Part shown: piece by piece, positions 56,651 through 64,000 of the stretch
Layout: every line of letters starts with the position of its first letter
Numbering within the stretch: the stretch's first letter is position 1
Assembly (NCBI GenBank): GCA_029259745.1
Contig: JAJDEO010000069.1
Coordinates: forward strand, 129,983 to 193,982
Source of the DNA: Planctomycetota bacterium
GTDB taxonomy: Bacteria > Planctomycetota > B15-G4
DNA: 64,000 nt
Reading direction: 5' to 3'
Program-made: the position numbers and the translations under genes
The notes under the pieces: generated by a model
The model's input: the letters and a program-made list of their open reading frames with translations, nothing else
Database searches by the model: none
What the model was told of the DNA's origin: nothing

Positions 56651-58321
56651 TCAAGGCACGGTGGCCGTGAGTCCGTTGCTGGCCGAGGCGCCGAACGGGA
56701 TCGACGCATCGATCACCCACCACTGGAAGACGAAGTCGGAGCCCGAGGGCGCGCCCGCTGGCCAGGTCCCGAGAAGTTCGAGCTTCTCGAACGCGAACAC
56801 AGTGCTGAAGATGTCCACGAAATCGGGGCTCGGCACGAGCACGCCGCCCTTGTACGGCGCGTTGATCTGCGAGCCGCCTATGACGAGCGCGGCCACACCG
56901 TTGGCGAGCGCTTCGGGAAGCGCGTTAGAGATCGAGATCCGGAAGTCGGAGCCGGGGACGAGCGTGCCGCCGCCGTCGAACACGTGCGCACCCGAGGAAC
57001 CCGGGTGACCGAGGCCGCGGTCGATCCAGAGGGCCTCGTTGAGCGACGTCACCCAGATCGATCCCGTCTGCGGTGGGTTGATGAAGTCGTTGTCGTTCGA
57101 GGCACCGATGACAAGCTCGGAGCGTCCGTCTCCGTCGAAGTCGGTCGACGCGAGGCTCGCCCCGAAGAACGCGTCTGTCGTCAGCGTGCCCTCGAACGTT
57201 CCCGCTGTGTCGCTGATCTTCTGGTGACCGTTGACCGTACCGTCAGGCTCGAGAAACAAGACCCAAGCTGCACCGTGATTCGAGCCTCCGTCATCATCGA
57301 AGACAGCCCCGACAGCGAGCTCCGCGACGCCGTTTCCGTCGCGGTCGGGAATCGCGGTCAGCGCGGACCCGAAGCGGTCGCCGGCCTTCAGCGCGCCTTC
57401 GAAGCCTCCGTCGCCGAGTGCGATGCGCTCGGCATCCCGCACCGTGCCGTTGCCGTTCAGGAAGACGATCCAGACCTCGCCGCGCAAACTGTCCGCCGTG
57501 TTCGCGCCGACAGCGATGTCGACGACGCCGTCTCCGTCGACGTCACCGATGTTGGCCACGGCGACGCCGAAGTTGAAGGCAGGCGAGACGGGCAGTCCAC
57601 CGACGCCGTCCGCGATACGCACCGAGTTCTTCACGGTGCCGTCCGCCTTCATGAACAAGATCCAGACCGCGCCCGTGCCGTCCTTCCATGCGCCGATCGC
57701 GATGTCGTTGACGCCGTCGCCATCGAGATCACCGAGCGCTGTCGCCGAACGGCCGAAGCGTCCGCCGGGGCTGAGCTGCCCCGCCATGCCGCCGCTCGAG
57801 TTCCCGATCACGACGGAACTCTTCACTGTGCCGTCAGCGTTGAGGAACAGCGTGAAGACCTCGCCCGTCGCGTTGTCACCGAAGTTGCTCCCCGCGACGA
57901 GATCGAGCACGCCGTCACCGTCGAGGTCACCGACGTCGACGACGCTGGAACCAAAGCGATCGAACGGGGCCACGGGACCGACGAAGCCACCCTCCGAGGC
58001 CGAGATCTTCTGTTCGGCGCGGACGCTGCCGTCGGCGTTCATGAACAGGATCCAGAGCGCGCCGGTGAACGTGCCGCCGTCATCATCGAGGTTCGCGCCC
58101 ACGGCCAGGTCGTGCACGCCGTCCCCGTCGAGATCACCGAGTCGCGCCGACGAGAAACCGAACGAATCGACCACATCGAGCGAGCCGCCGAAGCCGCCGA
58201 GACCCGCGCTGATCTCGACCTCGCCCGTCACGACGCTCGGCGTCTGCGCCACAGCTCCGACGCTCAGCGCCACCAGGGCAACGCCGAGAATGCACACATC
58301 TGCCGTCAGGGTTCTTCCCAT
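56651..58321 (-). CDS. Secreted FG-GAP (integrin-alpha-like propeller) protein with conserved C-terminal domain
   Basis: Signal peptide; repeated FG.S...GDLDGDG..D.AVGA...G..W.LF...DGTV units. Confidence 0.9.
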   Translation of the reverse strand: MGRTLTADVCILGVALVALSVGAVAQTPSVVTGEVEISAGLGGFGGSLDVVDSFGFSSARLGDLDGDGVHDLAVGANLDDDGGTFTGALWILFMNADGSVRAEQKISASEGGFVGPVAPFDRFGSSVVDVGDLDGDGVLDLVAGSNFGDNATGEVFTLFLNADGTVKSSVVIGNSSGGMAGQLSPGGRFGRSATALGDLDGDGVNDIAIGAWKDGTGAVWILFMKADGTVKNSVRIADGVGGLPVSPAFNFGVAVANIGDVDGDGVVDIAVGANTADSLRGEVWIVFLNGNGTVRDAERIALGDGGFEGALKAGDRFGSALTAIPDRDGNGVAELAVGAVFDDDGGSNHGAAWVLFLEPDGTVNGHQKISDTAGTFEGTLTTDAFFGASLASTDFDGDGRSELVIGASNDNDFINPPQTGSIWVTSLNEALWIDRGLGHPGSSGAHVFDGGGTLVPGSDFRISISNALPEALANGVAALVIGGSQINAPYKGGVLVPSPDFVDIFSTVFAFEKLELLGTWPAGAPSGSDFVFQWWVIDASIPFGASASNGLTATVP

Positions 58322-58421
58322 TCTCTCTCTCCTCGTCTCGATCTCTTGGTCATGCCGCATGGGCGGAGAAAGGCTCAACGCCACCAACGCGCGAAGCGGA
58401 CGGACCCGTCTCGGAAAAGAT

Positions 58422-60665
58422 TCAAGGCAGGTGCACGGCGAGGGGCGCGCCGTCCTCGGTGATCTCGACTGAGCCGAAGGCGCGGCGCCCGGCGTCGTCG
58501 TCGAGCTGAACCTCGTACCAACCGGGCGCGAGCCACAGCTCGACACGGCGCGTGCCCTGCTGCATGGGAAGGCGACGCGAGTCGACGTTCTGCCGACGCT
58601 CGTTGAGCACCGTGACGTCGAGCACGCCGAGGCTGCGCCCGCCGTCCCCAGTGCGCACGTCAAGCGCGAGCGGGTAGCCCTTCTCGACACGCACAGCCAG
58701 CTCTTGGGCGCGGCGCGGATCGATCGTGACGGGGTACGCGGCCGAAGCCGCGCCCTTCCCACGCACGACCACCACGTGCTCGCCGGCGCCGCCCGACGCG
58801 CGGTAGATGCCGTCGTCATCGAAGACGAATCGCGAGCTGCGCGAGTTCAGGTCCGCGCGGCGCAGGGAGAGCTGGACGTCACGCTCCCGGATGCCTTCGG
58901 GGAGATCGAGCCGCACGTAGACGCCGCCCTCGCGTGGAATGACCTCGACGTCGCCGAGATCGAAGGTCTCGCCGGGTTTTACGATGAACGTGATCGCTTG
59001 GTCGGTGATGAAGCCGAACGTCTCGACCTCGACGTGATACTCGCCGGGGAGCAGCTCGACGTCGAAGCGCCCGTCGTCATCGACGGGCACACCGATCATC
59101 TTGTAGGCCCGCCGAAGGGAGATCGTCGGCCGCTCGTCACGCAGGCTGACCACTCGTCCGACCACGCGCGCGGGATCGAAACTCTCGATGTGGAGGGTGA
59201 GATCGCTACCGACCGAGACGCGCGACTGCGAAGCGACGGTGCCGAAACCGATCTTGTCGACATTCACGGTGTATAGGCCGTCGACCAGCCCGGCGAAGTG
59301 AAAGCGCCCGTCTCGCAGGCCCGCAACATCCACGTCTTGCCCGTCGAGCATCAGGTGCACGAGGACACCCGCGAGCGATTCGTCGTCTGGCGGCACGACG
59401 AGCCCCGAGATCTCACCGCCGCCTCGAAGCACGGGATTCCACTCGACGACGGGTCCTGGCACGAAGTCGACGCCTGCCCGGCCGAGCACGAAGTCGGCGC
59501 TCGACGCGGGAAGGTGTTCGCGGTGCTCGACGACGATGTCCTTCGTCGACGTGTGCCAGTCGGGCGGGAGCCGGTCGAGGCGGAAGCGTCCGTCGGCGCC
59601 GGTCGACCACTGCAAGTCGTTCCCGAACGACCAGTCACCCCAGCGTACGGTCGCGTGCTGAAGCGGCTCGCCGTCCTCATCCGTGACCGCGCCGTGCACG
59701 GTCCAGCCGTGGCGCAGCGTGATGTCCAGCTCGTGCTCGCCTGCGGACGAGAGGTCGACGACATCCGTCTTGCGCGCGAAGCCTGGTGCGCGGGCATCCA
59801 CGGTGACCGGCTTGGCCGCGAGCCCTTCGAACGCGTAGCGCCCGGCCGAATCGGTGCGCGCCACGTGCGGACTGGCGAGGTGGACGGCAAATCGGCCGTA
59901 GGTCTCCTCGTGATGAACAGCCAAGACGACCAGCGCTTCGGGGACAGGCTCACCGGTCTCCGCGTGCACGACCCCTCGGAGCCGTCGCGCGCCTTCAATG
60001 AGCGTGACCGTGACTCGTTCGGTGTTCATGACATCCACGGGAACGGCGGCCTGGTAGAGCGGATGGGTCACGTAGATGGCTTGCAGCATGTGCGCATCAC
60101 GGATCGCGAAACGCCCCTCGGCGTCGGTGACCGTGGCCTCACGCGTGCGTTCGAACAAGATCATGTCGAGCGCGATGGACGCGCCGGCAATGGGCTCGCC
60201 GCGCCGGTCGACGACGACACCGCTGATGTCGATGCCGTCGGGGATCGTGATCAGCGTTTCGGTCGGTGTGTCGGCGGCCACGTCGACGGGCTCGGTCACG
60301 ACTCGGTCGAGCAGCAACGTGTGCACGCCCGGCTCGAGCGACGCAAGGCGACATTCCCCGCGGTCGTCCGTCTTGCCTTCGACGATGTGCGCGAACGGCC
60401 CGGCGTTCCAGTGCGGCGTGACGGCGACGTTGATGCCGACGGCCGGCGTTCCGTCCGACCACTCGACACGCACGAGCAGCTCGTCGACCGCCGGCGCATC
60501 GACGGGCGTCGAGGCCACCGACTCGCCCGTGTCCTCGCGGGCTCCGGTGACCAAGGCGACACCGCGTACGGCGGGCTCCACGGCCGTCTCATCGGACGCC
60601 AGCATCGCAACGACGATGACCGCCGCGGCCAACCCAAGGACGGCGAGAACGATGCGCGGCGTCAT
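58422..60665 (-). CDS. Exported protein with tandem CarboxypepD_reg-like beta-sandwich repeats
   Basis: N-terminal TM/signal; repeated G.V.D..GEP..GA.V...TD..GRF....L. Confidence 0.82.
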   Translation of the reverse strand: MTPRIVLAVLGLAAAVIVVAMLASDETAVEPAVRGVALVTGAREDTGESVASTPVDAPAVDELLVRVEWSDGTPAVGINVAVTPHWNAGPFAHIVEGKTDDRGECRLASLEPGVHTLLLDRVVTEPVDVAADTPTETLITIPDGIDISGVVVDRRGEPIAGASIALDMILFERTREATVTDAEGRFAIRDAHMLQAIYVTHPLYQAAVPVDVMNTERVTVTLIEGARRLRGVVHAETGEPVPEALVVLAVHHEETYGRFAVHLASPHVARTDSAGRYAFEGLAAKPVTVDARAPGFARKTDVVDLSSAGEHELDITLRHGWTVHGAVTDEDGEPLQHATVRWGDWSFGNDLQWSTGADGRFRLDRLPPDWHTSTKDIVVEHREHLPASSADFVLGRAGVDFVPGPVVEWNPVLRGGGEISGLVVPPDDESLAGVLVHLMLDGQDVDVAGLRDGRFHFAGLVDGLYTVNVDKIGFGTVASQSRVSVGSDLTLHIESFDPARVVGRVVSLRDERPTISLRRAYKMIGVPVDDDGRFDVELLPGEYHVEVETFGFITDQAITFIVKPGETFDLGDVEVIPREGGVYVRLDLPEGIRERDVQLSLRRADLNSRSSRFVFDDDGIYRASGGAGEHVVVVRGKGAASAAYPVTIDPRRAQELAVRVEKGYPLALDVRTGDGGRSLGVLDVTVLNERRQNVDSRRLPMQQGTRRVELWLAPGWYEVQLDDDAGRRAFGSVEITEDGAPLAVHLP

Positions 60666-62794
60666 GGGAGGAACAGTGCCACGGTCGCCGGCTCAGCGTC
60701 CGTGACGTCGACCGTCGACGACACCGTCGGGCCGCCGTCCTCGGACACCGTCACGACGTAGCGTCCCGCGCCGACCCATGCCTCGACTCGCAGCGCGTCT
60801 CGCACGATCGCCGTCTGCTCTGACGTGACCCACACGCCCTCATCCGTTCGGACGACGACATCGACCGGCGCGCGCCTCGTCCGCGACGCAGCGCGTGCGA
60901 CCTCGATCGTCAACGGCGTCCCGCGCCGTGCGACGAGGCTCACGTCGTTGTCGGTGTCGGGCTGCACGAGGAGTGGGAAGCCCGCCGCAGCAACGCCGTC
61001 GCCGCGCACGTGGAGCGTGTAGTGCCCCATCGGGACCGTGGGCGTCGAGACACTGCCGACGCCGAACGACAGCCCGACCCAGCCACCGTGCTGCGACCAG
61101 AGCCAAACGCGCACATCCTCGGGATCGACACCGTCCTCGGCCCAGATCGTCGGCACGACGCGCCCACGCATCGCGACCTCGACGTCGCCGAGATCGTGAG
61201 GCGCTCCGTGGTCGACCTTGACGTACATCCGCTCACTCCAAGCCGTCGTTCCCGCCGACATCGAAAGCAGATATCCGCCCGGTGCCAACTCGCATTCGAA
61301 ATGCCCTTCGGCATCCAGGTCCAGCGCGATTTGGAACCCGTTGTCGAGATGCAAACGCGCACTGGAAGTCTTCAGTGCCCGTCCTGAACTGTCGACGAGC
61401 CGTCCCGTGACCGTCGCCGGTTTCTGCTTCAAGAGGACTTCTCGTCCGGGCCGAACACCTTCGGCCACAGCGATGGGCTTGGACTTCGACCCGGCCCGCA
61501 GCGTGGAGTCACCGTCAGGCACCCCGAGAAACTCGAAGCGCCCCTCGGCGTCTGTGACCGCCTTCCTGTCCCACATGCTGGGCTCTCCGAATCCGCCCTC
61601 GAGCCAGACCGACTGGCGCGGCCACGGTCGTCCATCACCGCGGAGCAGCACACCCGTGATCGGCGCGCCGACCGTGAGCACTGGGTTCCACTGGGTGTCG
61701 TGGTGAGCGTCGAGATCGCGCGCCAAGCTCGGCGCACAGTGAGCGTGGTCCGCGATCAGTTCCAGGTCGTCTTCGTTCCAGCACGGCGGCAGTCCATCGA
61801 GCACGTAGCCACCGTCGACACCTGTCCAGGCGCGCACGAGCGGCTCCCAAGGCGACTCCCCGAAGCTCACGGACGCAGCGCGGATCGGCGTGCCCGTCTC
61901 GTCCGTGACGATGCCGCGCACGGTCCAGCCTGGATCGAGGTCGACGTCGAGAACGGTGACGTCCTCCTTCCACGACGCGGGCTCCACGACTCGCCGATGC
62001 GCAGCGAGACCCTTCGCTCGCACGGTCACCTGCCAGGCTCTCGACGGCAGGCTTCCGAACTCGTAGCGCCCCTCGGCATCCGTCGTCGTCGTGAAGTTCA
62101 CGCCGAACTGCAAGAGCCGCTCACCCACGCCTGCGCTGGCAAGGACGAGCTCCACCTGGGCTCCGGCGACGGGTCCGCCACCGACACGACGCACGACGCC
62201 GCGCAACGTCAGCGGCTCGGCGCGCAACCACGTGAGCTTGACCTTTCCGTCTGGTCCCATCGCGCAGAGCGCGAACTGGTAGTTCGGATGTCGGATGCCG
62301 AGCTTCGCGACGTCGGCAACGGCGCGCAGTCGAAAGCGTCCTTCGGAGTCTGTCGTCGTGGCGGGAAACATGCCCGAGCCGACCGAGCAGGCATCGAGCA
62401 GAACCTCGGCGCCTTCAATGGGTTCGCCGAGCGCATCGACGACGCGCCCTTCGCGGTCGCGATGATCTTCGATCGCAAGCGTGACCTCCGCGGCCGCGCC
62501 GTCCACAACGTCCACTTCTTGCATGGCGAAACGCTCGGCCCCGACGATCACCCTGCCGCTCTCGACGTGGAACGCGACGCGTCCCGCGGCGTCCGTGACC
62601 TTGCGCTGCGGGACAAGCCACGACGGGCGCTGCGCCTGGGCGACGCGGACACCCACGCCCTCGGCATCGGCCCCGTCAGCCCACGTCACGTGCACGAGGA
62701 GGTTGTGCTCCACGCCGGCACGCGCACCATCCCGCGCGAATGCCGACGCGATCGCAGCCACCAGGACGAGCGCGATCCCCCTCTGCTTCGACAT
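60662..62794 (-). CDS. Exported protein with tandem CarboxypepD_reg-like repeats (paralog of neighbour)
   Basis: Signal MSKQRGIALVLV; same repeat pattern; stop overlaps the next ATG. Confidence 0.82.
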   Translation of the reverse strand: MSKQRGIALVLVAAIASAFARDGARAGVEHNLLVHVTWADGADAEGVGVRVAQAQRPSWLVPQRKVTDAAGRVAFHVESGRVIVGAERFAMQEVDVVDGAAAEVTLAIEDHRDREGRVVDALGEPIEGAEVLLDACSVGSGMFPATTTDSEGRFRLRAVADVAKLGIRHPNYQFALCAMGPDGKVKLTWLRAEPLTLRGVVRRVGGGPVAGAQVELVLASAGVGERLLQFGVNFTTTTDAEGRYEFGSLPSRAWQVTVRAKGLAAHRRVVEPASWKEDVTVLDVDLDPGWTVRGIVTDETGTPIRAASVSFGESPWEPLVRAWTGVDGGYVLDGLPPCWNEDDLELIADHAHCAPSLARDLDAHHDTQWNPVLTVGAPITGVLLRGDGRPWPRQSVWLEGGFGEPSMWDRKAVTDAEGRFEFLGVPDGDSTLRAGSKSKPIAVAEGVRPGREVLLKQKPATVTGRLVDSSGRALKTSSARLHLDNGFQIALDLDAEGHFECELAPGGYLLSMSAGTTAWSERMYVKVDHGAPHDLGDVEVAMRGRVVPTIWAEDGVDPEDVRVWLWSQHGGWVGLSFGVGSVSTPTVPMGHYTLHVRGDGVAAAGFPLLVQPDTDNDVSLVARRGTPLTIEVARAASRTRRAPVDVVVRTDEGVWVTSEQTAIVRDALRVEAWVGAGRYVVTVSEDGGPTVSSTVDVTDAEPATVALFLP

Positions 62795-62927
62795 CGTCCA
62801 ACTCCCCTCTGCGACACGAACCTCGACACCCGACGCAAGCCCCATCGTAGTGGACGTACGCGAGGCGTGCCCTGGTAGCATCCGCTCTCCGCTTTCATCC
62901 CCACGAATCCATTTCCACGAGCCTTCC

Positions 62928-63224
62928 ATGAAGATGTTCCTCCGCCGCGCCGCCCTGGCCGCGCTCCTTGCCACCTCGTTCACGTCCTGCATCTACCAGA
63001 ACATCGTGATCCCGCTCGACACCGATCTCGACGTCACCGAACTCGGGACAAAGACGGGCGAATCGACGATGCGCACGTACTTCTGGGTCGTGCAGGTCGG
63101 CGATGCCGGTGTGCAGGCCGCCGCGCGCAATGGCCAGATCTCCGTGCTGCGCCATGCCGATCAGAAGCGCTTCAACGTGCTCAGCGTCTACCAAGAGTGT
63201 TCGACCATCGTTTATGGAGACTGA
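62928..63224 (+). CDS. TRL-like family lipoprotein
   Basis: Lipobox FTSC; K.GE, GDAG..AAARNG.I...HAD...VL.VY...T.VYG. Confidence 0.82.
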   Translation: MKMFLRRAALAALLATSFTSCIYQNIVIPLDTDLDVTELGTKTGESTMRTYFWVVQVGDAGVQAAARNGQISVLRHADQKRFNVLSVYQECSTIVYGD

Positions 63225-63225
63225 C

Positions 63226-63573
63226 GTGCGTGCCTCATCACTGAACCGCGCGTCACTGCACCGGGCACGTTCACTGCTCGCGTTGATGCTGCTGACGGCG
63301 TTGACGAGCTGCGGCGCCGTTTACCAGCACATCGTCGTGCCGGTGGACGTCAACCTCGACAACACGGCTGTCTATGCGGGCGAAGGCCGAGCGGCAACGC
63401 ACCACATCAGCGTCGACGCAAGCGTCGATTGGGGCGACCACTCGATCGGCGCGGCGGCACGTCGCGGTGGGCTCGATACCGTCCACTACGCTGACCTCGA
63501 AGTCTTCTCGGTGCTCAGCGTCTATCGCAAGGAAACGCTGCACCTCTACGGCACCGTCGCGCCGCAGCCCTGA
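63226..63573 (+). CDS. TRL-like family lipoprotein (second copy)
   Basis: Lipobox LTSC; WGD.SIG.AA..GG...V.YAD...VLSVY......YG; start uncertain. Confidence 0.8.
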   Translation: MRASSLNRASLHRARSLLALMLLTALTSCGAVYQHIVVPVDVNLDNTAVYAGEGRAATHHISVDASVDWGDHSIGAAARRGGLDTVHYADLEVFSVLSVYRKETLHLYGTVAPQP

Positions 63574-63588
63574 GCGCGAGGTGCGGCC

Positions 63589-63924
63589 TCAGGAATCGTG
63601 ACGCTTCAGCGTGCGCTTCGGCGCGCGGGCACGCCACGCGACCTTCAGCGCCGCGCGCATCATCGGCATGCGCGCGGCGCCGAGGTCGACTTCCGTGCAA
63701 CCCTGCCGTCCCCACGCACCGCTCGATGGCGCGTAGACCTCCGGGTGCGACGCGAGCAGCTCCGTCTGGATGTCGGGCGGCAGGCGCACCATCGCGCGCG
63801 TGTCCGCCGGACCGAGCGTCGCGAAGATCTTGCCGCCCACGCGAAAGTCGGCCTGACCGTGGTGCGCGCCCTCTTCGGTTTCAGGCAGTTCCAGCGCGAG
63901 CTTCCGAAACTGGTCGGGCTTCAC
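63589..63924 (-). CDS. MmcQ/YjbR family protein
   Basis: FR.LAL.LP...E..H.G..DFRV.GKIFATL, GAWGRQG.T, AW...APK; GTG overlaps the upstream stop. Confidence 0.88.
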   Translation of the reverse strand: MKPDQFRKLALELPETEEGAHHGQADFRVGGKIFATLGPADTRAMVRLPPDIQTELLASHPEVYAPSSGAWGRQGCTEVDLGAARMPMMRAALKVAWRARAPKRTLKRHDS

Positions 63925-64000
63925 GACACGCCCCACCCCTCGCGGCGCGCGAGCTGCTCGATGTGTGCGAGGTGGTGTCGACCGTGCCAGCGATAGGTCG
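63921..64000 (-). CDS. YfiT/DinB-like protein, C-terminal end (partial)
   Basis: Manual translation TYRWHGRHHLAHIEQLARREGWGVS*, matching the YfiT motif Y.WHG.HH.AHI. Confidence 0.75.
   Translation of the reverse strand, partial: TYRWHGRHHLAHIEQLARREGWGVS

Noticed and set aside
63921-63945. Suspected frameshift in the G runs at the end of the YfiT-like gene
   Set aside because: Recounting gives an intact frame ending EGWGVS-stop that overlaps the next GTG.

Overview
GC-rich chromosomal window, most likely from a Planctomycetota genome. The assignment rests on the PVC signature small basic protein gene at 19292-19462 (below the ORF-track cutoff), a giant PVC-type heme/CxxCH protein and many secreted repeat proteins. 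Main content: a minus-strand envelope run (der, lipoprotein, sulfatase-like protein, ROK, wzm, wzt, two GT2); queE and two PLP aminotransferases; a kinase/CxxCxxCC/TPR-peptidase operon divergent from a single-ATPase-domain Clp protein; ydbS/ydbT and DJ-1; an accessory segment with a matrixin protease pair bracketed by a diverged 123-bp duplication; a MoaD/propeller pair; a microcompartment satellite locus (three BMC-P pentamers plus a class II aldolase, no hexamers); and secreted FG-GAP, CarboxypepD_reg-repeat and TRL-like proteins. I saw no rRNA, tRNA, CRISPR array, transposase or integrase. Best novelty candidates: a C-terminal domain shared by several secreted proteins (possible sorting or anchoring signal), the single-ring ClpC-type ATPase with a ClpP-docking loop and an unfamiliar N-domain, and a Wzm with a TolC-like helical insertion. 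Two single-base frameshifts may be sequencing errors. All family calls come from reading motifs, not from database searches.
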